The notes under the pieces: generated by a model
The model's database searches: none
Told to the model about the DNA's origin: nothing
Seen by the model: the letters and a program-made list of their open reading frames with translations, nothing else
Position numbers and translations under genes: made by a program
Shown here: positions 21,817-34,838 of the stretch, piece by piece
How positions within the stretch are numbered: position 1 is the first letter of the stretch
How the letters are laid out: the number at the start of each line of letters is the position of its first letter
Assembly (NCBI GenBank): GCA_965603825.1
Contig: CBFDEM010000009.1
Span: 310,001-374,000, forward strand
Origin: Blepharisma stoltei ATCC 30299
Lineage: Eukaryota; Protista; Ciliophora
Length of the DNA stretch: 64,000 nucleotides
Reading direction: 5' to 3'

Positions 21817-22974
21817 ATGAGGAGACAAGAAGGGTTCATGCATAACGTCACAAATCAAGCCCCTGCGTCTATATCTCCTTGGCAACTTCCATTTGGCACT
21901 AAGCTGTAAAATTTAGTCAGAGACTCAATGTTGCGAGCAGGCACCGCTCCCCCTCAAGAAGATTACAATTTGAGCCGAAAATCTAAACAAACCACCGATA
22001 CAACGACTAAACTTTTTGCCTTTCCTACAAGACCTCAAAGTATTAGAAACCCCGTAAAACTTTACCCGAACCCATTTAAAACAAGCACAAAATCTAGAAA
22101 AAACGAAAAATCGCCTCACATGTCACCTGAAAGGACTGGAAGATATGAAAAAGACATAAGACAAAGCAAGCTAAGGCTTGGAGAATTAGAAGATGATTCT
22201 GAAGGAAGCCACAGTGATATCGAAATATCAAGACCTCCGAGCAGACAAAATGATAAAGCTTTTGATCTTGAAGATAGGTTTTTTACTGTAAATTTTAAAT
22301 AGAGGCTCAATGGATTTATGCACAATCCAAAAGAACAACCTGAAATTAGGCCGACTAGAAATACAATAAGCAACCCCAGGCCTCCATCCAGGCATAAAAC
22401 CCCTCCTAAAGCAACGGGCCTTGAGCTTCCACCTCATCCTGACGGAGATTTTATAAGTATTCAAAATATGTACGATTTTCACTTGTCTTCAGATTCTGAA
22501 GAAAATGAGCCTTATGCTAACACCCAAACAATTTTTACTGAAAAAAGTAAGGGATCTCTCAAAGAATCTTGAAAAAAATTGGAAAATAAATGTGAGACTA
22601 AGCAAAAAATGAAATCAATTAAAGAAGATAGCGATTTGTCAATTAAAATCCCAAGTAAAGCAGAAACATCATTGAAAAAGAATAATGTTGAAATACCGAT
22701 TATACTTAATAAAAGAATTAAAAAATGAGCCCCAATTTCACCTGGAAGAAGGGCGAAATCGAAGGATTTTGAAACTGAGGATAAATTAGAGGAGAGAAAA
22801 TCGGAAATTAAAATCGAAAAAAAATCAAAAAGAAAAGGAAATAAATTGAAAGAAAAACCAGGAAGGGCTGTAAGCAGCGCTTCAAAACCGAAACCTAGAG
22901 AATCACTGACGTTTTTAAGCTCGCTCGGGTCAGAGTTTTTAGATTTGTTTGCAAGAGATAATGATTTTATGTAA
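21817..22974 (+). CDS. Low-complexity basic hypothetical protein; 15-nt introns 21906-21920 and 22288-22302
   Basis: Introns GTAAAATTTAGTCAG and GTAAATTTTAAATAG plus two TGA(Trp) give one frame to TAA. Confidence 0.7.
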
Positions 22975-23099
22975 ATTATGATGTATTTAAAAGTAAATAA
23001 CTATGCCAGTTCTCTATAATTGATTTAAAAATAAATTAATTATTAATAAATTTCAAAATATCCATAAGATTATCTTTATGATATTAAGACAAATAATAA

Positions 23100-24056
23100 T
23101 TAAATTAATGGATCGTCTTCTTTTGAATTTTCAGTTTCAGCGTGCTGCATTAATATTACTCTATTAAAGCGTTCAGATCCATTTGACTCATCTCCTCCAA
23201 GTCTATATCCTGCACCTTCAAAAGGCACGAAAGGTTGAGATCTTTTAGTTTGAGTATTTGGCTGATTGATATTAGCCTTAGAATACCCTTGACCACCTAA
23301 AGAAAATGAATCATTTCCTGCATTAGAAAGCGATATATAATTTGTATAATTCTTCATCGATACAATTAAACGCAAATTGTCAATGAATTTTGTTTTTTCG
23401 TCTGAAATATAAGTAAAATTCATCCATTTATAAACGTCTACATAATTTTTACGAAAATATCCGATCAAGATTCCTATAAGCAAATCTCACATAACTCCTA
23501 CGATTAACGATAAAACCACTAAATAAACCCATGGAAAATATTTAGCCTTTATCTGGATAGGACATAAGAAAAAGGATGATGGTGCTTCTGGGTTAATATT
23601 GCAATTTATGACAATTTCAGCCATGATAAGTGGGAACAGTCCAGCTGTTGGAACTATAGCTAGCAAGCTTAATGATGGAATAAAAGAAAGCCCATATAGT
23701 GATGCTGCGTATAAAACTTCAAGTATTATAAAATTCATGATAAAGAAAGCTCCATATTTCGCTGTGCCTAATCTTAATTCTGTTCTATATGCTATTGGCA
23801 AATAAGAGCACATCTCAAAAATGAGAGTCAATAAATTCAATGTTATAAAAGGAGATGTAAAGACTCTCCAAATTTGCAAATTTTCTATAGTAAATATTGG
23901 GATATTGATAAATAGCGGTATAAATGCTGAATTTAGTCATGATAATATATAAGTTCCAATAGACACATAAATTACAAGTTTCGTATATGCTGGCATTCCT
24001 CTTCACCAATTTTTCATCTCAGTTGCATAATCTCTATTTGGGTCTGTAAAAAACAT
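23100..24056 (-). CDS. Derlin/inactive rhomboid-like membrane protein with C-terminal SHP box
   Basis: P.YTK, LQIWRVFTS, IKAKYFPW, DLLIGILIGY, FEGAGYRLGG; no rhomboid GxSG or catalytic His. Confidence 0.8.
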
Positions 24057-24084
24057 TTATACTTTAATATTTATTAGCTATTAT

Positions 24085-25338
24085 CTAAAGACATTCCCAA
24101 ATCTTAATTGACTTGTCCACACTTCCAGAAGCCAGTAAAGGATACCTTGGGTTCACAGCTAAACACAACACAAAATGCCCATGCACATCGAGCAGCTTTT
24201 TCGAGCATCCTCCAGTTTTCAAGTCCCAAACTCTAATAGATTTATCATCACTACACGAATATAAATAGCTTCCTCCTAAGTGAAATACCAATTTTCTTAC
24301 CCAATTATCATGTCCTCTAAGAACTATTAAGCAATTCCCAGTCCATGCTTCTCATATGCGGATTGTTTTATCTCTAGACCCAGACACAATAAACTCAGGC
24401 GCCCTTGAGGAATTCATTTTTTCTTCTTCTGTTTTATGTCTAAAATCAGCATCCAATAGGCTAGCTGTTGCGTTTTGGTTAGCAAAGCATACGCTTTCTA
24501 CCACATGGCTATGTCCTGCAAGCGTTTGTATAGGATTCAGAGCATCTATGGCCCATACCAAGATAGTTTCATCATTAGAACAAGACGCAAAATAATTTCC
24601 TGAGGTATTAATAGCAACTTGTCTCGCCCAGTCTGTATGTCCTTGATAAGTTTTCACACAAAATCCTGTGCTAACTTCCCACATTTTGACCGAAGTATCC
24701 CTTGAGCATGATAATAAAAAATCGCCAGCAGGGAAAAATTGCACACAGCTTACATTATGGTCATGCCCATGAAGGGTTTTTGTGCATTCAAAAGAGTCGA
24801 AAGACCATAGTTTTATAGTTAAATCAGCTGCACAAGATGCTAATAAATTTCCAGAATTTGGTTCAAATGCTACACAATTTACAGCTGCTGTATGACCTTT
24901 AAGGCTTCTTTCATGTGAGCCTGATTCATAATCCCATATACGAATTGATGCGTCTTCTGAAGAAGAAGCAATGACTGAATAGACTGGGTGGAAAGCGACA
25001 CATGTTACAGGTTCACGATGGCCAGTCAATGTATGTTTTTCTGGGACTCTTGGAAGTCCTACAAGCTTATTTGAGTTTGAGTCTGAAATTTTCTTGCCAG
25101 GCCCATAAAAAACCATTTCTTCTTTAAGCTGATCAAGCTCAGATTGCAATGACATGACTTTTTGTTGAAGGCGAACGACAGATGACCATTTCTTTTCTAA
25201 CAGATCAGACGAGCTAGGGTCTTCTGTGACGCTTGCATCTTGCATAAAAGCTTGGGCAGATGTAGTGAAGTTCTGGGAGAGAAGATATGAGTATATGGCT
25301 TTATGAAGCTTTTCTCTCTCTTTGTTTGTAAGAATCAT
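24085..25338 (-). CDS. LIS1: Lissencephaly-1 homolog (LisH + WD40)
   Basis: LLEKKWSSVVRLQQKVM, GHREPVTCVAFHPVYS, GHDHNVS, SGSRDKTIRI(W), terminal KIWECL. Confidence 0.96.
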
Positions 25339-25683
25339 TTCATATTTAATTCACAGAGCAAAGGATTAGAAGAAGACCCAGTGAATTAATTAAGTCAAGA
25401 GATTGCGAGGAAAGCACTCATTTTCTAAGGGAAATAAGAATTTTAGTATAAATCATGATTATCAGAATCTTATAGCTGAGTTACTATAAAAGATATCAAA
25501 CATTGTAAAATATCATAGAAAAAGACTAGATTTAGAAGTTTTGCATGAAATTAATGGCAATTTTGCAGCGGAATTTAAAACTAACTTGAAAATGGCGGAA
25601 ACAGAAATGAATATATAGGAATTTTTATAAAAGTAGCTAAATTTTAAATTTTTGTGTTAATTATGTGATTTTGCATGATGAAT

Positions 25684-26022
25684 TTAAGTATCTTTCATAA
25701 GATCAGCGTCTATAGAGATGCGAAAGTCTAAATCAGCGATATCCTGAATTTCAAAAATGCTATTCTGCAGTGTAGCTATTGTAGATCTTGTTGATTCAGG
25801 CTCTGAAAGTATCGATTCCCGTAGCTTCGACGAGGAATTAGAATAAAACCCCTCCCACTGATATCTTTGGTCCTTATTAGTGCGAGGAATTTCGTTATCA
25901 AAATCAAACCCATAAAAAGTTGATTTTTCGATTGCATGATCTATAAGTTCTTGTTTTATATCTGCCATCCAAATGAGTAAATGTTGCTCTCTTTCTTCTT
26001 GGGATTCACAAAAGAGACTCAT
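25684..26022 (-). CDS. Small protein with CDK-inhibitor (Cip/Kip/KRP)-like motif
   Basis: FYGFDFDNEIP-x6-RYQWE resembles the CDI consensus YNFDF..D.PL..RYEW. Confidence 0.6.
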   Translation of the reverse strand: MSLFCESQEEREQHLLIWMADIKQELIDHAIEKSTFYGFDFDNEIPRTNKDQRYQWEGFYSNSSSKLRESILSEPESTRSTIATLQNSIFEIQDIADLDFRISIDADLMKDT

Positions 26023-26528
26023 TTTCTCTAATTATAATGGAATTATTTATTTGAAAAAGCCCCATTTAACTAATAAAAAATTTTAAAAGGCACCAAACAT
26101 AAAATAGACTGAATTAATTTTTGATATATAACTTAAATTGAAAACGGTAAACCATTTATGCTGCATATTAAGAAGGATATAAGGCAAATTGGAATTTAAT
26201 ATATTTTTAGTTCAGCTAAAGAGCAATAATTTTTATTCTAATTATAGATATGAGAATTAAGATAATGGCTAGCTAGTGAAAGATAAAACGAAAAAAGACC
26301 TTAATCATATAATCATAGCAAGGACATTTATTGGCATTGCAGAACTATAAGTATTTATATTTCATCTATTGTCAAAAAATAAGAGATTTTTGATTTAAAA
26401 ATGCTTTAGCAATTTAAATGAAATGATAATTGTAATTAAAAACTATTAACATTTTAGCTTACAATTTATAGTTTCTATATCTATTAAAATCTAATTTAAG
26501 CCTATATTTCCCACAAATTGTTAAGAAA

Positions 26529-29500
26529 ATGGGCGACAAAGCTCCCAAAAAAACCTTCACTCAAAAGATAAAAGAAAAATTTGAAGAGAAAAAACCCACC
26601 ATAGTAAAGCCAGAAGAAAGTAAAAAAGAAGCGGAAAAACCTAAGGAAAAAGAAGAAGAGCCTAAGGTTCAAGAAGAAGACAACAAGCAAGTCCCCGAGA
26701 AATCTGAAGACCGAGTTCCAGTAAAAGTCAAAAGAGGTGAATATCAAATCCATATCTTCCTAGAAGAAGGCCGTGGCTTTGTCCCAGCTAAAGAAGGCGA
26801 CACTATAGATGCTGTTATCACAATCACTGCATTTGGTACTAAAAAATATACAACGCCAAAAGATGACATCTCAGCTGGTGCCGCAATTTATTGGGGTGAA
26901 CATTTCTTCTTCAACGCTCCTAAACTTGAGACAAATGAAGTCGAAACATCAAAAATCCTCATAGAAATCCGCGATCACAAGTTTCTTTTATCTGACAGTT
27001 TAATTGGCAATTATGAAATGGACCTCATGTATGTGTATTCAAGAGCAAACCACGCCCTTGTCCACCAATGAATTGCACTGTGCAACCCTGAATCAGAAGA
27101 TTTTCAAACAGTCCGCGGACACTTAAAGCTAGGAATCTGCGTTCAAGCTGAAGATGATGAAGATGTCGATTTAACTGTCGCTGAAAAAGAAGAAGCAAAG
27201 ACCTCAGAAATCCTGCTGCCTCCACAAATTCAGCATAAATGGTGCCAGTTAATAGTAAGAGTCATAAAAGCAGAGGGTTTGCCTAAGCTGGATGACTGGA
27301 ATAATACAATAGATGCATATTGCCAAGCTGACTATGGAGGTGCAAAAATAAATACCTCAGTCTTTACTGCAGATAAAAATAAATTTGCAGCCTACTGGTA
27401 TGAAGATTTATATGTCCCAGTTTCAATCCCTTCAGTATCAAATAGACTAATTATTAGAGTTCTTGATTATGACAACACATCGAAAGATGATATGGTAGGT
27501 ACTATTGCATTTGACTGGGAGGAAATTGAGGCTGGAAAATACTCCGATTATTTTTGGACTTGCATTTATGGAGCTCCAAAAGACCTTGATAATGGTCCAG
27601 CCAACAAAATGAATGATTATCCTGAGCTTGCATCAGCTTATAGAGGAAGGATTCTAATGAAAATGATAATAGAACACCCTAAAAAAGCATCATTAAAAAA
27701 AGAACGCATTATTGATCCAGAGATTAATAATTTTGTCCACAAAACGTATGAGGTAGAAACCAATTATGAGATGAGATCACAGATTTTTTCAGGAATTGCC
27801 CTACCAAAGGCGTATTCGAAGTATTCTATTATTGTAAGCTGGTGTGGAAAGGAGGTGGAAAGTAAAATTGTGCTGGCGGTTAATGGGAAATGTAATTGAT
27901 ATGAAACTTTGAAAAGGAAAATTATGAAAATTCCATTCCAAGCTGAGAGATCACTGCCAGATGTGTTTGTGTATTTGGTGGCTGATAATGAAAAAATATG
28001 CTATGCAAGGGTTAGCCCATATGGTTGGAATAATGTAAATTCAAATGGTACGTGGATTGCACTGCTGCCTGATAAAGCAATAGGAAAAATTAATAAAGAT
28101 TGGGAAGGCGGGTTTATTATGCTTAGGCTGTATATTACGCCTTATGATGAAAATAATGACAATTTGTCTGTAGGGAGATGAAATGTGCCTCCTAGGCTTA
28201 AAAAAATGCAAAAGGTAAAACTAATTGTGAATCTTTACCAATGTAAAAATTTACCTGCTGCAGATTCTGATGGAAATTCAGACCCTTATATCGAAATCTA
28301 TTGCTGTGGCGTCACAAAGCGATCCAAAACAAAGCCAAACACTCTTAATCCTATGTGATATGAAACAATTCCAATCGATTTCGAAATTTCATCACTTGAA
28401 GATAACCCTCCAATCCTAATTTATGTCTTTGATGAAGACGAATTTTCAGCTGACGATCTTATCGGAATTTGTATCATTCCTCTTAGTGAAGCTTCAAAAA
28501 GCCATTCAATGCCAAAGGTTCCTAAATGGATTCCACTTTCACTTGGAAAATCTGATAGTGGAAAAATTTTGATTTCGTTTAATTTATATACTGAGCAAGA
28601 TAAAGTCCCTGAATATTCTATTGTCCCAAAATGTATTGATGCAGTAGTAGAAATTAATTGTTTAGGGTTGAGAGATTTACAGCCAGCATTAGGATGACTT
28701 CCAGTCAATAAAGCTTTTATTAAGTTCGATATGAACTCTTTACAAGTACCAGGAGAAAACTTAGTTATTAGAAATGCTCAGACGCCACCAGGAGATAGCG
28801 GTCCTAACCCTAATATAAGCACAATTATTAAGTTTACTTGCAAAATGCCTATAGAAAAATTATACGCCCCATCACTTACCTGCACAGTCTATGATTTCTT
28901 ATTTAAAGGTTTATCTCAGCCACAGTTGGGCACTTTTTCTATTAATCTTGGCGAAATTTTCCATAAACGCAAAAGAAGGCTGAAAAAGCCGAGCCCAGTC
29001 GATATTGCTCCAAAAATCCTTAGAGGGGACTCATCCCTAGACATGGAGATCCCTATTGATACTGCATCAGATGCTGAATCTGCATTTAGGCCTTCTACAA
29101 TTACAACTAAAACAAGTCGTCCTAGTATAGAAGAAGCAAAAGCTGGCGCATTTGTGATTGATCCTGTATACTCAAAAGACAAAAAAGGTAAAGTAACTGA
29201 AGTTTCAAGACCAGACAGCAAATATATGCAGCTAGGCTATGATAAAGTTCCAGGCGATAAGACAATGCATTATCGATATATCTTGGAATCTGATTTGGAG
29301 AAATCGGAATATATTGATGCTTCTCCTTTTGAAAAATTTGATATAAAAAGAGGCCAAGATAAAGGGATTGAAGATAATTGGCTGTCAATTCTTCACTCAA
29401 ATAAAAATATAGATGATAGAAATTTACCGAGAAAACCGGTTGGGCAGTTTAAAGGTCTTATAAGAGTAATGAAAAAAGACAAAAATGAGCTAAGGGAAGC

Positions 29501-30863
29501 AAGAATGGACTTACAAAATTCTAGAAAAAAATATTTAAAGGAACAAGTAGAAAAAACTGGGAAAATTGAGATGGGAGATGCGTTTGGGATTTTTGGTGGA
29601 GCATTTCCAACTAAAGAAGATGAAGAAAAAGAGGAAGAAAATGAGGGAGAAGAAGATATTATTGATACTGAGTTTGAAAATATTCAAAGAAGTCTGCTGA
29701 CGAAGACAGATATATTAGTAAGAGTTTATGTAATTGATGCATTCAATCTAGCTCAAAAAGATTTGAAGAGCAATTCTGATCCTTACCTAAGAATAAAACT
29801 AGGAAAGCACGTCATTGATGACTCTGACCACTATCAAAAAGACGAGCCCAACCCTAAATTTTTCTCATGTTTCGACTTAAAAACAGTTCTCCCCGGTCCT
29901 TCCAAATTGAAAATCCAAGTCTGGGATAAAGACCTCATAATAAAAGACGACAAAATCGGAACAACTGAAATTGACCTCGAAGACCGTTACTTTTCAAGTA
30001 AATGGCAAAGCCTCAAAGAAAAGCCTATAGAGACCCGCAATTTATATCACCCGTCCACAAAAATAATCCAAGGCACAATTAGGCTTTGGGTCGAGCTTTA
30101 TTCTTCAACAGAAGCCCCTCCCAAAAGAGAACTGTTGCCACGACCTCCAGCTGAATTTGAGGTTCGTTTAATTATATGGGAAACCCGAGGTGTCAAAAGT
30201 TACGACACTGAAGGAACCAGTGACCTCTTTGTAAGGGCATGAATCAATAATTGTGACCCAAAAGAAACCGACACTCATTATCGTTGTCAAAATGGAAAAG
30301 GCCAATTTAACTGAAGACTTAAATTTCCTTTATTTTTGCCTAATGACCATTGTATAGCTAATCTTCAAATTTGGGATAGAGACGTTATATCATTTAGTGA
30401 TTTTATTGGAGATGTAAGTTTTAGCTTCACTGAGCTTGCGAAATCTGCTTTTGAAACGGAAGGGAGGGTAAAGAAAATGGGAGTTGACGATAAAGGATTT
30501 CATATTTTCTCTCGAAAAGAATCAGATCAAGTATGGATTCCATGCAAAAGAAGGACTGAATCAGGAGAATATGAAAATGCAGGAGATATTAAAGTTACTT
30601 TTGAAATTGTGCCGAAATATAATGCAGATTCGTGCCCTGTAGGAGAAGGAAGAGGTAAGCCAAATATTGATCCATACTTGCCACCGCCGACTGGAAGGTT
30701 TCAGTGGAGCTTAAACCCATTTTCACTCATAAGCCAAACTTGTGGGCCTGAATTTAGATGCAAAATTTGCTGTGCAGTTTGTTGCTTGATTATATGTCTG
30801 TTGATAATTCTTATTGGACCATCAGTTATCGGCTCAGTTATTGGGAAAAGTATTAATGGATAA
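26529..30863 (+). CDS. Ferlin-family multi-C2-domain tail-anchored protein (~1444 aa)
   Basis: ORF fragments join in one frame via TGA(Trp); C2 motifs DSDGNSDPY, SDPYLRIKLG, IGTTEIDLEDR, ETDTHYR, QFNWRLKF, VGEGRGKPN.DPYLPPP.GR, C-terminal TM. Confidence 0.93.
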
Positions 30864-30929
30864 TTTAAGTCGATTAAAAAATTCAGAGAAAATTTTATAA
30901 TGGTAAATGTTTTTATATTATAATAAATA

Positions 30930-31175
30930 ATGGGTTGTGGAAAAGCATCAAAAAATATAACAGCACCAGTTTCGAATACAGTAACACCTGCTGCTTCAAC
31001 AAACCAAGAAAACCAAGAAGTAAGGGTCGACACAAATCCTGATAAGCTTACTGTAAAACATGATGAAAATATAGAAGGCATCAGCGCGATTCTTGAACAA
31101 GCTGAAGCTTTGAAGATCCACGATGAAATATATGATCCAGTCGTCGACCAGCTAATCCAGGATTTAAATCTTTAA
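30930..31175 (+). CDS. Small putatively N-acylated protein (MGCG)
   Basis: 81-aa ORF, MGCGKAS start, typical ATG context. Confidence 0.6.
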   Translation: MGCGKASKNITAPVSNTVTPAASTNQENQEVRVDTNPDKLTVKHDENIEGISAILEQAEALKIHDEIYDPVVDQLIQDLNL

Positions 31176-31285
31176 CAAGGCTATTTATAACTCTCAAAAG
31201 AGTTATTGGACAAGTCACTGTTTATTCTAATTAATTTACTCAAAATAAATAAGCTATAAATAACTCTTATCTCTACACCTTCAAA

Positions 31286-33601
31286 ATGCCACTAAAATTA
31301 AAAATCAATAAAATATATATGGAAAGAAAACAAGAGAAAACATGAAAAGCGATCAATGATACTGTCTCACAAGGACCAATCGATAACCCTTCATCGAGAG
31401 TCAGCAAAGCACTGTCCCAACTAAAAACTATTAAAAAAGAAGCCTTTATTCCAAAAACTCCAATCGTCGAAGAAGAAGACGAAAAAAAATACTTAACAAA
31501 AGGCGTTTTCCACCCAGAATCACTTTTCCGGGTCACTTGGGATATTTTTTCTATGATTTTAATTATTTATATCGCAATTTCAGTCCCGTTTAGAATTGGG
31601 TTTAGTGTCCCAATTCTTGGATGGTGAGGATATTTTGAATTTATGATTTCCATAAGTTTTATGGTGGATATTTTAATCAGTTTTAATACGGGGTTTTATT
31701 CAAGAGGGTCACTTATTATGAATAGAAAAGAAATTGCGATTTTTTACTTGAAGGGATGGCTTATTGCAGACGTTGCATCAAGTATCCCGTATACCTGATT
31801 TACAAATGGAGTGTTTGAAGAAGATGACTCAAACGGATCTAGCTATAGCCAGGCATCCAGGCTATTGAGATTTGTGAAAATTTTCAAATTTTTAAGGATT
31901 CTTAGGCTTGTAAGGATTGCTAAATTGAAAAGAATTTTGATTAAATTAGAAGATTATATAGCAAGCAATACAATAGCAACAATATTTGTATTTTTAAGAC
32001 TTTTAGCAGTGGTTTTCTTTATTGCACATTGAACTGCATGCTGGTGATTTTTCTTAGGATCTTATGATATGTCAAATCACCCTCAAACATGAATTACGGC
32101 TGCAAAAATTGATAATAAATCAAATTTCGAAAAATACGTCACATCACTGTATTGAGCGTTCACTACAATGACGACTGTAGGATATGGAGATATTGTCCCA
32201 TTAACAGTAAGTGAAAAAATTTATGCTATGTTTTCTATGATTGTAGCATGTGGTGTGTTTGCATATACTGTTGGGAGTATTGGATCATTAGTAAGCAAAC
32301 AGAATGCTGTAGAAAATGCATATAGAGAGCAAGTCGTGGCTGTAAATCGATATATGAGAAAAAAAGACTTGCCTCATGATTTACAGTTCAGAGTTAGAAG
32401 ATATCTTGAATATATATGAGAAAATAAAAAGAAAAGTAATTTAGACGAAAAACAAATTTTATCATTACTATCAGAGCCTTTAAGAGATGAAATTTACGCA
32501 CACATTCATGGAGTCATCATTAAGCTTTGCCCAATCTTCGAAAAATATGAAGCACATTTTATATCACAGCTAACACGAGCATTGGAAAGTGAGACATATG
32601 CTCCTGGCGATACTGTTATTGAAGAAGGAGAAATGAGCTCTAAAATGTATTTTATACAAAATGGAAGAATTGATATATATCATCATCAAACAAAATCCAC
32701 ATTTAAAGAGCTCGGCCCTGGCGAATATTTCGGTGAAATTGCGTTTTTTACCGAAAAACCTCGCTGTGCATCAGCAAAATGTCTTGACTTTGTAGACTTA
32801 TTAAGCTTATCCAGGAATAATATGAATATATTGCTAGAAAAGTTCCCAGAAGCCAAAGAGGCTACCGAATTAATTTCAAAAAAATGCGAAGATGGAGACT
32901 ATACAGCGCTGCTTGTAAAATGCTATTTATGCAGAGAACTTGGGCATGTCTCTGTAAGATGCAAAAAAGTATTATTAAATCTAGATCATGAAGAAACACG
33001 GAAAAATTGGCTTGAAAAGCGAGGTGCCCGAGAAACCAAGTACGTTTATGCCAATATGGACAGAGAGCCTAACTATCAAAGAGTTCCTCGAGGGCAAATG
33101 CCTTTATACTACAATTCCCGAAATATCGTTGGCGTCCCCAGGCCTACCATTAAAATGTTTCCAAACGATCCCCAAATGTATCCTAAAATCAAAATTTATA
33201 ATGATAAATATATACAGACCCAAAACGCGACAAATTCCAGCACAAACGCAAACTCCAGCTACGAAAACCAGCAGCCAAGCACAGACTCTTTTGTTAGAAA
33301 ATCCAAGCCAAAGTACACTATGTTTTATTTAGATAGTGAAGGAAATGAAAATGAGGTTGAATTAGAGGAGGAAGCGGAAGAGGAAGAAAATTCAAGGAGC
33401 AAAAAATTTAGAATGTCACTTGTTGAGCAAGGGCAATTCCCTGACCAACAACAAGAAAAGACTTCTAAAGAAGCAGACCCGGTTCCTCCGAAGAGAGCGT
33501 CAAATAAGGTTTTACCTTTAATTGAGCTGCCAATTGAAGAAACTCCTATGAATCGGCAGCCTGTAAACACTCCAGAAAGCAGCTTTTCTGAAGATGAGTA
33601 A
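31286..33601 (+). CDS. Cyclic-nucleotide-binding-domain K+ channel (KCNH/HCN-like) with CCHC knuckle
   Basis: S4 RILRLVRIAKLKR, pore LYWAFTTMTTVGYGD, CNBD YFGEIAF...PRCASA; many TGA(Trp); start could be 31319. Confidence 0.93.
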
Positions 33602-33713
33602 AAGGATTTGTGATAATTCACTTATTAAAACGTATTTTAATTTAAGCATTTCTATCAAATCAATTTTGGCATTTATTTTTTAACAAGTTTCTTACTTATT
33701 CATCAATTTTTCA

Positions 33714-34034
33714 TTAGTTTTCATCCGCATTTTGATAAAGAATCTTAAGGACTCTTTGCAAAAGTGGGTCGTTCCAGTTCGTTCTTTGTCCTAAATTTTC
33801 AATTTTCCTACTTTTTTCTAGATATAAGTTCCTTTCTCTCATAAGTGCAAGTAATCTTATATTTGAATCTTTTTCCATCTCATTATATTTTTTATGCAAA
33901 ACCAAAAGCCGCTCTAGTTTATCCGCAAGCTCTCCAAGCTCTTGTGCAGATTCTCCATCTTGCTGCTGCAGCTCATAAATTTGGCTTGTAATTTGTTCTA
34001 TTAAGCTTCAGAGTTGACTTCTACTTCCTTCCAT
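33714..34034 (-). CDS. Small coiled-coil protein with EB1 C-terminal (EBH)-like motif
   Basis: ERNLYLEKSRKIE...LLQRVLKILY; ATG at 34034, one TGA(Trp). Confidence 0.65.
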
Positions 34035-34172
34035 TATTTATGAAGAAAAACATTTTAATTTTTAAGTAAATTTATTCTATTTCTTATATTAGACTTTCAA
34101 ATGATTTTACATTTATTTTACGATGTAATAGCTATATATTTTCCACAACTTCAATAAATCCATTCTTTTTAA

Positions 34173-34838
34173 ATGGATCAAGAACTATTCTTTCAAGTAA
34201 TTATTGTAGGTGATACCGGTGTGGGAAAAACCTGTCTTCAGCTAAGATTTAGTGAAAATTCATTTAAAGAACAGCACAGTGTAACTATCGGTGTTGAGTT
34301 TGGAGCCAAAAATATCCAAGTTGGCTCACAAACGATAAAATTGCAGATTTGGGATACAGCTGGGCAAGAAACTTATAGAAGTATCACAAAAAGCTTTTAT
34401 CAACGAGCGGATGGGGTTATATTAGTATATGATGCTACAGCCAGACACACTTTTGAAAATTGCGAAAACTGACTTGAAGAAATCAGGCAAAACTCAGCTG
34501 CTGATGTCGTTATTTTTCTTATCGGGAACCAGGTTGATCTCATTGAAAAAGGTCAAGAAGACCGACAAGTAGCTTACGAAGAGGGGAAACTTTTTGCGGA
34601 AAAACAACGCTTAAGCGGGTTTATTGAGACTTCAGCCAAAAGTGGCATCAACGTGAATGAAGCTTTTTATGAGTTCAGCAAGGTTTTGTTTGAGAGATGG
34701 AAAGAAAGGAGGGAATTTAAGCCTGCCACACAGCCTAGAATAGAATTGAGACCAACAGTAATTAATAAGAAGAAAAAATGCTGTTATATGAAAAGTAATA
34801 ATTTATTAATAAAAAATGATGCTTGCACAGAAGCTTAG
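34173..34838 (+). CDS. Rab2-like GTPase; ORF runs 17 codons past the KKKCC prenylation motif
   Basis: GDTGVGKT, TIGVEFGAK, LQIWDTAGQE, EN(W)LEE with TGA, ETSAK; expected end near 34787. Confidence 0.88.
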
